The position numbers and the translations under genes are program-made. Positions 30,728 through 40,284 of a stretch of DNA of 64,000 nt are shown piece by piece; positions within the stretch are counted from its first letter, which is position 1; the number at the start of each line of letters is the position of its first letter. The notes below the pieces were generated by a model, which saw only the letters and a list, made by a program, of their open reading frames with translations, did no database searches and was not told where the DNA came from. The DNA is from Syntrophales bacterium (GTDB taxonomy: Bacteria > Desulfobacterota > Syntrophia > Syntrophales > UBA6807): positions 32,001 to 96,000 of the forward strand of contig JAXGPA010000003.1 of assembly GCA_040767195.1 (NCBI GenBank), written 5' to 3'.

Positions 30728-31924
30728 ATGAGTGACGGGACACGCTTCCGGGTACCCGGTTTCCTGGGGAACGGCGTTTCGGCGGGCATCAAGGACACGG
30801 GGAGAAAGGACCTTTCCCTTATTTATTCCACCGTACCGGCGAAAGCGGCCGGGGTTTTCACCACCAACGCCTTCAAGGCGGCCCCCGTCCTCGTCGACAT
30901 GGAACGCATCCGCGGGGGGATGGCCCGGGCCATCGTGACGAACAGCGGAAACGCCAATGCCGCCACGGGGCGGGAAGGTTATGAAAATGCCCTCCGGATG
31001 GGAAAGGAGGCGGCCAGGCTTCTCGGTGTCGGCGAGGAATCCGTTCTGGTAGCCTCCACGGGGGTTATCGGTCAGACTCTCCCGATCGGGAAAATCGTTT
31101 CCGCCATGGGGGGACTTGTTTCGGGATTGAGGGCCGACGGGCTCGTAGACGCCGAGGAGGCCATCATGACGACGGACCGTTACCCGAAGATGGCCTTGAG
31201 AACCTGTGTCGCCGGGGGGAGGGAGATCACCCTTTGCGGTCTGGCCAAGGGGGCGGGAATGATCGAACCCAGGATGGCCACCCTCCTTTCCTACATTCTC
31301 ACCGACGCCGGCCTGGATGAAAGCGCCATGAACCGCCTGTTCCGGGCCGCCCTGGATCGAAGCTTCAACGCCATCTCCGTGGACGGCTGCATGAGCACCA
31401 ACGACACCGTGCTCTTCCTGGCAAACGGCGTGGCGGGAAACAGGCCGCTTCGGGGCGGTTCCCCCGGTTACGGACGTTTCCGGGACGCTCTCTTCCAGGT
31501 CATGGAGGAACTGGCCAAATCCATCGTCCGGGACGGGGAAGGGGCCACGAAAGTCCTGGACATCCGGGTAGAGGGGGCCAGGTCCCGGAAACAGGCCCGC
31601 TCCTTCGCCTATGCCGTGGCCCGGTCGAATCTCGTCAAGGCGGCCTTCTTCGGCAGGGACCCCAACTGGGGAAGAATCGTGTCCGCCGTGGGTTCCCTGG
31701 GCATCCCCGTCGATCCGGACCGGGTGGACGTGTTCATCGAGGACATCCCGATTTTCATCGGCGGCGCCGGAACGTCGGCGGACGAGGCGAGCCTCCGGGA
31801 GGCCATGGCCCTTCCGGAAATACGGGTTTTCATACGCCTGGGCGCCGGAAAGGCGGCCTTCCGGGTTTTCGCCTCCGATCTGACCCACGACTACGTGAGC
31901 ATCAACGCTCACTACCGGACGTGA
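30728..31924 (+). CDS. argJ: bifunctional glutamate N-acetyltransferase / ornithine acetyltransferase
   Basis: NSGNANA, STGVIG, MTTD, KGAGMIEPRMAT (autoprocessing site), STND, DGEGATK, DPNWGRI, INAHYRT. Confidence 0.96.
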   Translation: MSDGTRFRVPGFLGNGVSAGIKDTGRKDLSLIYSTVPAKAAGVFTTNAFKAAPVLVDMERIRGGMARAIVTNSGNANAATGREGYENALRMGKEAARLLGVGEESVLVASTGVIGQTLPIGKIVSAMGGLVSGLRADGLVDAEEAIMTTDRYPKMALRTCVAGGREITLCGLAKGAGMIEPRMATLLSYILTDAGLDESAMNRLFRAALDRSFNAISVDGCMSTNDTVLFLANGVAGNRPLRGGSPGYGRFRDALFQVMEELAKSIVRDGEGATKVLDIRVEGARSRKQARSFAYAVARSNLVKAAFFGRDPNWGRIVSAVGSLGIPVDPDRVDVFIEDIPIFIGGAGTSADEASLREAMALPEIRVFIRLGAGKAAFRVFASDLTHDYVSINAHYRT

Positions 31925-32058
31925 TCCTTCCGCTCTTTCGTGGATGGACCGTCTTTAAGGGAGAGGTTATCCTTTTTGGCTTGCGTAATGGTTGGGAATA
32001 TGATAGTTCCCTTTGGCTTTATAGAACGGCAAGGCGCCGGATTTTTAAAGTTTTCGTA

Positions 32059-32135
32059 AAACCGCACATTCCCGGATTGCCGCGGTGTTGCCTCCCCTGA
32101 GGGGGGTCCGGGGCAAGAGGATGGGAATGGAGGAA
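32059..32135 (+). promoter_or_regulatory. rpsB 5' leader (t44/S2-autoregulatory-like structure)
   Basis: CACATTCCC pairs with GGGAATGG around an internal GC-rich stem, directly upstream of rpsB, as in known rpsB leaders. Confidence 0.45.
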
Positions 32136-32155
32136 ATAAACAAAAGGAGTGCTGT

Positions 32156-32992
32156 ATGCCCCAGGTTACCATGAAGTCCCTCCTGGAAGCGGGCGTCCAT
32201 TTCGGTCACCAGACGAACAAATGGAACCCGAAAATGAAGCCCTACATCTTTGGAGCCCGGAACGGCATCTACATCGTCGACCTCCAGCAGACCGTGGAGA
32301 TGTTCGAGACGGCCTACCGGTTCGTTTCGGATCTCGTCGCCTCCGGCGAGTCGGTTCTTTTCGTGGGAACGAAAAAACAGGCCCAGGAAGGCATTCGAGC
32401 CGAGGCGGAACGGGCCGAGATGCCCTACGTGAACCAGCGCTGGCTCGGTGGAATGCTCACCAATTTCGCAACCATCAAGAGAAGCATCGACAAGCTGAAC
32501 CAGATCGAGCGGACCCTTGAGGACGACAACATCCATGCCTTTCCGAAGAAGGAAATCCTTCGATTCCAGAGGGAGCAGGAAAAACTCGTAAAAGTTCTCG
32601 GCGGTATCCGGGCCATGAACCGGCTCCCAGGGGCCCTTTTTGTCATCGACCCGAAGAAAGAGACCATCGCCGTGAAAGAGGCGAGAAAACTTCAGATCCC
32701 CATCGTCGCCGTGGTCGACACGAACTGCGATCCCGATGACATCGATTACATCATTCCGGGAAACGATGACGCCATCCGGGCGATCAAGCTTTTTTCGTCG
32801 AAGATCGCCGATGCCGTCCTGGACGGCAAGAGGAAATTCGAGGAAGCCATCCAGGCGGAAAGCGACAAAATGACCGTCGTCGAAATCGCCGAGGCCGGGG
32901 AAGAGGACGTGCCGGTCAGCGTGGAAACCAACCCCCCCCTTTCCGGGGATGAAACCGGGAAAACGAAAGCGGAACAGGAGGAAGGAAATTGA
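32156..32992 (+). CDS. rpsB: 30S ribosomal protein S2
   Basis: [37 protein letters not shown]. Confidence 0.99.
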   Translation: MPQVTMKSLLEAGVHFGHQTNKWNPKMKPYIFGARNGIYIVDLQQTVEMFETAYRFVSDLVASGESVLFVGTKKQAQEGIRAEAERAEMPYVNQRWLGGMLTNFATIKRSIDKLNQIERTLEDDNIHAFPKKEILRFQREQEKLVKVLGGIRAMNRLPGALFVIDPKKETIAVKEARKLQIPIVAVVDTNCDPDDIDYIIPGNDDAIRAIKLFSSKIADAVLDGKRKFEEAIQAESDKMTVVEIAEAGEEDVPVSVETNPPLSGDETGKTKAEQEEGN

Positions 32993-33591
32993 GTATTCCA
33001 GCATCTTTGGTAAAAAAGCTCAGGGATAAGACGAACGCCGGAATGATGGACTGCAAGGAGGCCCTGGAGGCCTCCGGCGGTGATTTTGACAAGGCCGTCG
33101 AGTATCTTCGCAAGAAGGGACTCTCCGCGGCGACGAAACGCTCTTCCAAGGCGGCCAAGGACGGTGTCATCGCCTCTTACATCCACATGCAGGGACGGAT
33201 CGGTGTCCTCGTCGAGGTGAACTGCGAAACCGATTTCGTCGCCCGCACGGAGGCCTTCCAGACCATGGCCAAGGACATCGCCATGCACATCGCCGCCTCC
33301 AACCCCTCGTACCTGAACGCCGAGTCCGTTCCCCCGTCCGTCCTGGAGGGGGAAAAGGAGATATACCGCAGCCAAGCCAAGGCGGAAGGGAAGCCGGAGA
33401 AGATATACGACCGGATCATCGACGGAAAGCTGAAGAAGTTTTACGAGGAAGTGTGCCTCATGGACCAGAAGTTCATCAAGGACACGAACATCACCGTGAA
33501 CACCCTGGTCCAGAACATGATCGCCAATACCGGCGAGAACATCATGGTCCGCCGGTTTGCCCGTTTTCAGCTCGGAGAAGAACTGAAGTAA
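32989..33591 (+). CDS. tsf: elongation factor Ts (short, 200-aa form)
   Basis: [40 protein letters not shown] start overlapping the rpsB stop. Confidence 0.97.
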   Translation: MSIPASLVKKLRDKTNAGMMDCKEALEASGGDFDKAVEYLRKKGLSAATKRSSKAAKDGVIASYIHMQGRIGVLVEVNCETDFVARTEAFQTMAKDIAMHIAASNPSYLNAESVPPSVLEGEKEIYRSQAKAEGKPEKIYDRIIDGKLKKFYEEVCLMDQKFIKDTNITVNTLVQNMIANTGENIMVRRFARFQLGEELK

Positions 33592-33648
33592 ATTTTACGG
33601 AAGGGGAGAAGGGAGGACCGTCTTCCCTTTCCGCGGATTTCCAAGGCC

Positions 33649-34371
33649 ATGGATGAACCGGTCTACCGCAGAATACTCCTCAAGGTAAGCGGGGAAGCCC
33701 TCCTGGGAAAGGCTCCCTCGGGAATAGACGGGGACATGGCCCGGTCGATCGGCAGGGAGATCGGCGAAATCAGGGGGCTCGGTGTCCAGGTGGCCCTGGT
33801 GGTGGGCGGCGGGAATTTCCTCCGGGGCGAGGCTCTGAGTCACCGGGGGATCGGCCGCGTGACCGGGGACATGATGGGAATGCTGGCCACGGTCATGAAC
33901 GGTCTTGCCCTCCGGGATCTTTTTCGGGGAGAAGGTCTGTCCGTCCGGGTTCAGTCGGCTGTCGCCATGCCCCAGGTGGTCGAGGCCTTCAACAGTGAAG
34001 CGGCCCGAAGATACCTGGAAGACGGCGAGGTTGTCATTTTTGCCGGCGGAACGGGGAACCCTTTCTTCTCAACGGACACGGCGGCCGCTCTCCGGGCGCT
34101 CGAAACCCGGGCCGACGTTTTTCTCAAGGCCACCAAGGTGGACGGCGTTTTCGACAAGGATCCCGTTAAACATGCCGATGCCCGGCGGTTTGAGAGAATT
34201 TCCTACGACGAGGTGCTGGAAAAAAATCTTCGGGTTATGGACCAGACGGCCGTCGCCCTGTGCCGGGACAATGCCCTGCCCGTCGTCGTTTTCAACATGG
34301 AAAGGGCCGGGAACATCCGCCGGGTGGTCTGTGGTGAACCGACGGGAACGCTCATAGGAGGGAAACCATGA
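33649..34371 (+). CDS. pyrH: uridylate kinase
   Basis: RILLKVSGEAL, GGGNFLRG, GTGNPFFSTD, KATKVDGV. Confidence 0.97.
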   Translation: MDEPVYRRILLKVSGEALLGKAPSGIDGDMARSIGREIGEIRGLGVQVALVVGGGNFLRGEALSHRGIGRVTGDMMGMLATVMNGLALRDLFRGEGLSVRVQSAVAMPQVVEAFNSEAARRYLEDGEVVIFAGGTGNPFFSTDTAAALRALETRADVFLKATKVDGVFDKDPVKHADARRFERISYDEVLEKNLRVMDQTAVALCRDNALPVVVFNMERAGNIRRVVCGEPTGTLIGGKP

Positions 34372-34925
34372 AGGATGAACTGATCGCCGAACTGAAAGAA
34401 ACGATGAAAAGACAGATCCAGGCCCTGGAAAAGTCCTTCAGCAAGGTGAGGACGGGCCGGGCTTCCCTTTCCCTTCTTGACGGGATCAAGGTCGAGTACT
34501 ACGGGACGCCCACCCCCCTGAACCAGGTCGCGTCTCTTTCCGTCCCCGAAAGCCAGCTTATCGTCATCGCCCCCTGGGACGTGACGGTCATCGGGGCCAT
34601 CGAGAAGGCCATTCAGAAGTCCGAGCTGGGCCTCACGCCCTCCAACGACGGGAAGGTCATCCGGATCACCATTCCGCCGCTCACCGGGGAAAGACGAAAG
34701 GAACTCGTCAAGGTGGTGAAGAAAATGGCCGAGGAATGCCGGGTCAAGGTCCGGAACGCCCGCCGGGACGTGAACAATGATCTGAAAGAACTGAAAAAGG
34801 AAGGCGATCTTTCGGAGGATGAACTTTTCCGCACCCAGGACGACGTCCAGAAAATCACCGACGAATTCATCAAGAAGACGGACCAGGTCCTGGCGGCCAA
34901 GGAAGAGGAGATCATGGAGATCTGA
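34368..34925 (+). CDS. frr: ribosome recycling factor
   Basis: VRTGRAS, YYGTPTPLNQVAS, PPLTGERR, VRNARR. Confidence 0.98.
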   Translation: MKDELIAELKETMKRQIQALEKSFSKVRTGRASLSLLDGIKVEYYGTPTPLNQVASLSVPESQLIVIAPWDVTVIGAIEKAIQKSELGLTPSNDGKVIRITIPPLTGERRKELVKVVKKMAEECRVKVRNARRDVNNDLKELKKEGDLSEDELFRTQDDVQKITDEFIKKTDQVLAAKEEEIMEI

Positions 34926-34954
34926 AAGAAAAACAAGGATTGAGGAACGAACGG

Positions 34955-34982
34955 AAGGGGACGATCAGGTCCCCTTTTTTTT
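34955..34982 (+). terminator. rho-independent terminator of rpsB-tsf-pyrH-frr
   Basis: AAGGGGAC-gatcag-GTCCCCTT stem with a T8 tract. Confidence 0.88.
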
Positions 34983-35077
34983 GTGCGCTCAGCATGGGCG
35001 CACTCTTGCGGGTGGAAGTCCTTCCTTGACGTGATCACAGCGAACGAAGAGATGCACATCAGCATAAAATTGACCGA
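34983..35077 (+). mobile_element. 5' fragment (domain I start) of a class C/IIC group II intron, no RT ORF
   Basis: Starts GTGCG (GUGYG) exactly after the terminator U-tract and continues CTCAGCATGGGCGCACTCTTGCGGGTGGAAGTCC...TGATCACAGCGAACGAAG. This matches IIC intron 5' ends as I recall them, and IIC introns target sites downstream of terminators. The 3' limit is approximate. Confidence 0.75.
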
Positions 35078-35315
35078 AAGATGCGCTGGCGAACCACGTC
35101 CATTCGTGATGTATCGGCCATAACGAGGTACCCATCCCGATCACAGCTTGATGACGGGAGAAGAGGATCGGTAATGACGTCTGAGGGTGTCCCGAAAAGC
35201 TCTTGACGGAATTCTGGATATGCTCTATTCAGCATAGATAAAAGAAAATACCCCGTGCCGGGAGTTGTGCCGTCGAAAGCCGGTGATTTCCCGTATCCAT
35301 GGAAGGGAGGAATCT

Positions 35316-36179
35316 ATGCGTAAGAGTATATTATTTATAGGGATTCTCGTTTCTCTCCTGCTCCTGTTTGCTGTAGGCCAGGCCCTTGGAGAGGTCAGGT
35401 GCGCGGAGACGTACGGAAGCGGCTCTCACCATTTTTCCCTGGCCACGGGAAGTCCCGGCGAACTGGGCCTCCTCAAGGTCCTCGGCGAGACTTTCTGCGG
35501 TGAAAACGACGCCACCCTCTGCTGGGTGAAGGCCGGTTCCGGCGCTTCCCTGAATCTTTTGAAAGACAAAAACGTGGACATGATCATGGTTCACGCCCCG
35601 GCGGCGGAAAAGAAAGCCGTGGCGGAAGGGTGGGCAACGAAACGCCTTCTCATCGGCTCCAACGAGTTTTACATCGTGGGACCTTCAAGCGATCCCGCCG
35701 GCATCGCCTCGGCCACCTCCGCGGCGGACGCTTACCGCCGGATCGCCGGGAGCAAGGCGAAATTCTTTTCCCGGGGGGACAATTCGGGAACCCACAAGAA
35801 GGAAATGGCCGTGTGGAAGCAGGCCGGCGTGAATCCCTCCGGGGACTGGTACATCGTCACCAAGGATTTCATGACGGCCACCCTGAAGCGGGCTAACGAC
35901 GAAAAAGGCTATTTCATGACCGACAGCAGCACCTGGATCGCCGAAAAAAAGAATGTCCCCGACCTGAAAATCCTTTTCCGGGGGGACAAGTTCCTGGTCA
36001 ATACCTACCACACCCTCTGCCAGCCGGCGGGGGTCACGGCCGGTGCGGCCATGGCCTTGAAATTCATAGACTTCGTGTCCTCCGAAGAAGGCCAGAAAAT
36101 CATCGGGACCTACGGGATGGAAACATACGGCGAGGGTCTTTACAACGATGCGGCCTATGCGAAACAGTACGATGACTGA
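35316..36179 (+). CDS. TupA-like periplasmic oxyanion-binding protein (divergent paralog)
   Basis: Signal peptide; MVHAPAAE, SRGDNSGTHKKE, YFMTD, N.Y. Has ATGSPGELGLL where TupA has the TTTS motif. Confidence 0.8.
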   Translation: MRKSILFIGILVSLLLLFAVGQALGEVRCAETYGSGSHHFSLATGSPGELGLLKVLGETFCGENDATLCWVKAGSGASLNLLKDKNVDMIMVHAPAAEKKAVAEGWATKRLLIGSNEFYIVGPSSDPAGIASATSAADAYRRIAGSKAKFFSRGDNSGTHKKEMAVWKQAGVNPSGDWYIVTKDFMTATLKRANDEKGYFMTDSSTWIAEKKNVPDLKILFRGDKFLVNTYHTLCQPAGVTAGAAMALKFIDFVSSEEGQKIIGTYGMETYGEGLYNDAAYAKQYDD

Positions 36180-36272
36180 GTCATGGTAAAATTCCTGGTG
36201 TCACCGGCATTTTTCGTTTATATATCGGAACCCCTGGGGTTCCGGACTGAGTACTATGCTTGGAGGTGAACA

Positions 36273-37109
36273 ATGAAAAGAAAAACTGTTTTCACCCTGG
36301 GGCTGTCCCTGCTGTGTCTTCTTTTCCTGTTTTCCGGGGCGGTTACGGCGGCCGACCGGGTGCTGATGATGGCCACGACAACGAGCACGGACAACACGGG
36401 CCTCCTCAATGACCTGGGGCCCATGTTCAAGGCGGATACGGGGATCGAGCTCAAGTGGGTGGCCGTGGGAACGGGAAACGCCCTGGAACTCGGAAAGAAC
36501 TGTGACGTCGACGTCCTTCTCGTTCATGCCCCGGCGACGGAAATGAAGTACGTCGCCGACGGCTACGGTGTGGACCGACGGGAAATCATGTTCAACGATT
36601 TCATCTTTGTCGGTCCCAAGGGGGACCCGGCGGGCGTCAAGGGTAAATCGGTGAAGGAGGCCCTCACGATTTTCGCCTCGAAGAAAATTCCCTTTGCCAG
36701 CCGCGGGGATAACTCGGGAACCCACAAAATGGAGCTTTCCCTCTGGAAGAACGCCGGGATTCCTTTGCCCGACAAGGAAACCTGGTACATCCAGACGGGC
36801 CAGGGGATGATCAACACGATCAACATCGCCGCCGAGAGGGACGCCTACACCCTGACGGACCGGGGAACTTTCATCAAGTACGAGGCCAACTGGAAGGGAA
36901 ATCCCCCCCTTGAGATTCTTGTGGAAGGGGATGCCGCCCTGAAGAACCAGTACAGCGTTATCGCCGTCAACCCGAAGCGGTGCGAAAAGGCGAAATACGA
37001 CCTGGCGACGAAATTTTCCCAGTGGATGGCCTCGCCGAAAATCCAGAAGGCCATCGCCGACTTCAAACTCATGGGAAAACAGCTGTTCTTCCCGAACGCC
37101 GCCAAATAG
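36273..37109 (+). CDS. tupA: tungstate ABC transporter substrate-binding protein
   Basis: TupA signature ATTTSTDNTGLL, VGTGNAL, VHAP, SRGDNSGTH, GQGM, LTDRGT. Confidence 0.93.
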   Translation: MKRKTVFTLGLSLLCLLFLFSGAVTAADRVLMMATTTSTDNTGLLNDLGPMFKADTGIELKWVAVGTGNALELGKNCDVDVLLVHAPATEMKYVADGYGVDRREIMFNDFIFVGPKGDPAGVKGKSVKEALTIFASKKIPFASRGDNSGTHKMELSLWKNAGIPLPDKETWYIQTGQGMINTINIAAERDAYTLTDRGTFIKYEANWKGNPPLEILVEGDAALKNQYSVIAVNPKRCEKAKYDLATKFSQWMASPKIQKAIADFKLMGKQLFFPNAAK

Positions 37110-37118
37110 AAGGAATCG

Positions 37119-37808
37119 ATGGATTATCTGGGAAGCGGATTTCTCCGGGCCCTCGTCCTCCTTTTCAGCGGGGACCCGGAGACTTATTCCGCCATCATCA
37201 CCACCCTTGAAATTTCCACTCTTTCCATTGTGGCAAGTCTCGTCATCGGTATCCCCGGCGGTTTTGTCCTGGGATACTTCGAATTCCCCGGGAAGAGGCA
37301 GATCCGCACCATCTCGGACACCCTCCTCGCCCTGCCCACGGTGGTGGTGGGGCTTTTCGTTTACGCCTTCATTTCCCGGCGGGGCCCCCTGGGCGATTTC
37401 GGCCTTCTGTTCACCGTTCCCGGCGTCGCCCTGGCCCAGACACTCCTCGTTCTTCCCATCGTCGTCTCTCTCACGGCGACGGCCGTGGAAAGCCTCGACC
37501 GGAGGCTCCGGCTCACCCTCATCACCCTCGGGGCCAACGCCCGGCAGATCGCCCTGCAGACGATCCTGGAGGCCCGCTTCGCCGTTCTCACGGCAGCCGT
37601 CACCGCTTACGGGCGGGCCATTTCCGAGGTGGGGATCTCCATGATGATCGGCGGCAATATCAAGTGGCACACCCGGACCATCACCACGGCCGTCGCCCTG
37701 GAAACAGGGAAGGGGGAATTCGCCATGGGAATAGCCCTGGGAATTGTCCTGCTCAGCCTGGCCCTGGTGGTGAACGCCATCCTCGTGACTTTGCGGAGGA
37801 AACGGTGA
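37119..37808 (+). CDS. tupB: tungstate ABC transporter permease
   Basis: LPTVVVGL, SRRGPLG, GRAISEVG, GGNIKWHTRTITTAVALET.KG. Confidence 0.93.
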   Translation: MDYLGSGFLRALVLLFSGDPETYSAIITTLEISTLSIVASLVIGIPGGFVLGYFEFPGKRQIRTISDTLLALPTVVVGLFVYAFISRRGPLGDFGLLFTVPGVALAQTLLVLPIVVSLTATAVESLDRRLRLTLITLGANARQIALQTILEARFAVLTAAVTAYGRAISEVGISMMIGGNIKWHTRTITTAVALETGKGEFAMGIALGIVLLSLALVVNAILVTLRRKR

Positions 37809-38839
37809 TGACGCCGGCGCCTCTCTACCGTCTTTCGAACCTGACGTTCCGGTACGGGACCGACGGCTTCGCCCTTTCTATCCCCGAGATGGACATCGAG
37901 GCGGGCGCTTCCATCGGCCTCGTGGGACCCAACGGGGGCGGGAAAAGCACCCTCCTGAAACTCCTGGCGTTCCTGGAAACGCCCCAGGAGGGGGCGATTT
38001 TCTTTCAGGGGAAAAAGGTGTCCGGCGCCGGGGATCCGTCGGTCATGCGAAGCGTGACCATACTCCTTCAGGAGCCCTATCTCCTCCAGGCGACCGTTTT
38101 TGAAAACGTGGCCTACGGACTTCGTATCCGCGGCGAAAGGGAAGGGGTCCGTGAAAAGGTGGCGGACGTTCTTGAACGGGTGGGTCTTCCCTACGGGGAA
38201 TTCGGCCACCGGAAATGGCATCAGCTGTCGGGGGGCGAGGCCCAGCGGGTCGCCCTGGCTTCGAGGCTTATCCTCAAGCCCCTGGCCCTTCTTCTCGACG
38301 AGCCCACGGCCAGCGTCGATCCTTACAGCGCCTACCGGATCCGCGAGGCCATCGTCGATGTCCGGAAGACATTCAAGACGACGCTGCTCGTGGCCAGTCA
38401 CGACCAGGAATGGCTGAACGGCTCGGTGGACCGGATCTACAAGGTCCACGACGGGAAGATCATCGGCTCCGGTGACGAGAATCTTCTCCCGGGACCGTGG
38501 GAACCGGGCCCTGATTCCCTCTGGAAAAAAGTTCTGGAAGGGGAAAGGACCATCGTGGCGCCACCGCCGCCGCACCGGGAATCGACGGCCCTTCTCCGGG
38601 GAACGGATGTGGACCTTTACGTGTCGGAATGGCAGGAAAAGAAAATCGAAAACATAATACCCGGAGTCATTACGGGAATGTACATGGAATCATTTAAGGG
38701 ACACTTGAACATATACGTGGATATCGGCGGCATCACGATCCTGTCCGTCATGGCACCGGAACGGGCGGATCATCTCCGGGTCCTTCCAGGCAAGAAGATC
38801 TGGGTCGCTTTTACCGCCTCCGCCTTGCGGTGGCTTTAA
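37808..38839 (+). CDS. tupC: tungstate ABC transporter ATPase with C-terminal TOBE-like domain
   Basis: GPNGGGKST, LSGGEAQRVALA, LLLDEPTA. ATG overlaps the tupB stop (TGATG). Confidence 0.9.
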   Translation: MTPAPLYRLSNLTFRYGTDGFALSIPEMDIEAGASIGLVGPNGGGKSTLLKLLAFLETPQEGAIFFQGKKVSGAGDPSVMRSVTILLQEPYLLQATVFENVAYGLRIRGEREGVREKVADVLERVGLPYGEFGHRKWHQLSGGEAQRVALASRLILKPLALLLDEPTASVDPYSAYRIREAIVDVRKTFKTTLLVASHDQEWLNGSVDRIYKVHDGKIIGSGDENLLPGPWEPGPDSLWKKVLEGERTIVAPPPPHRESTALLRGTDVDLYVSEWQEKKIENIIPGVITGMYMESFKGHLNIYVDIGGITILSVMAPERADHLRVLPGKKIWVAFTASALRWL

Positions 38840-38872
38840 TATCGCAAAAAGTTTATCGATCGGGACAATGTC

Positions 38873-39601
38873 ATGAGACTGTATATCGGAGTGGACGACA
38901 CGGATCACATTGAATCGGACCGGGGAACGGGAAAGCTGGCCCGGTGGTTCGAGAAGGAGGTGCCCTCCGGCGGCAGGGTCTGGGGGGTGGTCCGGCAGCA
39001 GCTCCTCGTTCATCCCGACGTCCCCTACACGTCTCACAACAGCGCGGCCTGCATCGTCGTCGATCTGCCCAACGGGGCAATGGTGAGGGAAATTTCGCGG
39101 CGGATCGTCGCCCACGTGGAACGGCATGCCGACGAGGGAAGCGACCCCGGCGTCGCCGTGGTGCCGGAAGATGACCCCGGACTCCAGGAGATGATCGCCT
39201 TCGGTCTGGATTGCACCCGCAGGGTGGTCACCCGGAAGGATGCCCAGGAGACGGCGGGAAGAGCCTTTCTCCGGGGACTCGGCGGCACGAACGACGGAAT
39301 CATCGGAGCCCTGGCGGCGGTCGGCCTCACGGCCTCGGGCTGGTCGGGACGGTTCATCGAATTCGGCCGTCTTCGTGACTTTCCCGATTCCGTCTCCGTC
39401 GAAGACCTGGCCAGGGCCCATATTCACGTCGTTTCCATGGATCGGGACGCCCGGGTTCCGGGAGAGACCGAGTGGATCCGGACCAACGGGTGGCTGCGGC
39501 CCCGTCTTTTCGGCAGCCGGGCCGTTCTTCCCGTTTCTCCCGGGGAGGACGGTGTGTGGATCGCCTCGGGCGGAAAAAGAAGCCGGCCCCATTCCCCATA
39601 G
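38873..39601 (+). CDS. TiaS-like (COG1571 N-terminal) protein of unknown function
   Basis: IGVDDTD, RGTG, R.QL...P.VPYTSHNSA, SDPG, G.GG..DGIIGALAAVG resemble the tRNA(Ile2) agmatidine synthetase catalytic core. No OB-fold or zinc ribbon. Confidence 0.7.
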   Translation: MRLYIGVDDTDHIESDRGTGKLARWFEKEVPSGGRVWGVVRQQLLVHPDVPYTSHNSAACIVVDLPNGAMVREISRRIVAHVERHADEGSDPGVAVVPEDDPGLQEMIAFGLDCTRRVVTRKDAQETAGRAFLRGLGGTNDGIIGALAAVGLTASGWSGRFIEFGRLRDFPDSVSVEDLARAHIHVVSMDRDARVPGETEWIRTNGWLRPRLFGSRAVLPVSPGEDGVWIASGGKRSRPHSP

Positions 39602-39609
39602 GGCCCCGC

Positions 39610-39987
39610 TCAGTCCTTTTTTTCTTTTTCTCGCTCCATCCGCTCGTAACTTTTTACGAATCCCTGGAGCGCCCGGGCTTTCCGGCCCAGGTAATCCATC
39701 CACAGGGAAAGCATCTCCTCGCCCTCGGGATTGATGGCGTAAACCCGCCGGGCGGGACCCTGTCCCGCCGTCTCCCATTCCGACCGGACGAGCCCCTCCT
39801 CCTCCATTTGGCGCAGGTGGCGGTAGATCATGCCCGGGGGGGCGCTCCCCTCGACGAAACCGAAGCCCTGAATGTTCCGGATGATCTCGTACCCGTAGGA
39901 CGGTCCGGAAAGAAGACTGAGGAGAATGGACGGCTGGATATAGCGATCCTGTCTTCCGCCTTCGAATGAGCTTTTTTTTCGGGCCAT
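39610..39987 (-). CDS. PadR family transcriptional regulator
   Basis: ILLSL...PSYGYEI, PGMIYRHLRQMEEEGLV.S.W, PARRVY.I..EG. Confidence 0.92.
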   Translation of the reverse strand: MARKKSSFEGGRQDRYIQPSILLSLLSGPSYGYEIIRNIQGFGFVEGSAPPGMIYRHLRQMEEEGLVRSEWETAGQGPARRVYAINPEGEEMLSLWMDYLGRKARALQGFVKSYERMEREKEKKD

Positions 39988-39996
39988 AAGACCTCC

Positions 39997-40025
39997 TTGA
40001 CATATATCCTTAAAGAATCTATATT
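39997..40025 (+). promoter_or_regulatory. sigma70 promoter for the 68-aa gene, overlapping the padR RBS
   Basis: TTGACA-N17-TATATT. Confidence 0.65.
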
Positions 40026-40055
40026 CATAAAAAAGACATTCGGGAGGATTGTGTC

Positions 40056-40262
40056 ATGGAACCCATGATTTTTGTCCGTGAAAGACGAAAGGTGGAAAAA
40101 GGGGAGAAGAAGCCCCGGTTTCGGATCTGCGGCGTCAGCGGCGTGAATCTCAAGGTGTACGCAAGCCACATGCGGAAGATGGAACTGGACGAGATGGCCG
40201 GACATTTAGGCGCCAGGGTCATCGTTCTCCATTCCGGAAAGGAAGACAAAAAAGAAAAGTGA
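40056..40262 (+). CDS. small basic hypothetical protein (68 aa)
   Basis: GGGAGG RBS and near-consensus promoter; divergent from padR. Sequence MIFVRERRKV..GEKKPRFRI...LKVYASHMRKMELDEMA. Confidence 0.7.
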   Translation: MEPMIFVRERRKVEKGEKKPRFRICGVSGVNLKVYASHMRKMELDEMAGHLGARVIVLHSGKEDKKEK

Positions 40263-40284
40263 TCCGTCCCGGGCGGGGATTTTC

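Noticed and set aside
36180..36272. Moco/Wco riboswitch or ModE box upstream of tupA
   Set aside because: Only a simple hairpin (GGAACCCC/GGGGTTCC) and a half-site-like CGTTTATATA are present. The multi-stem riboswitch consensus is not recognisable.
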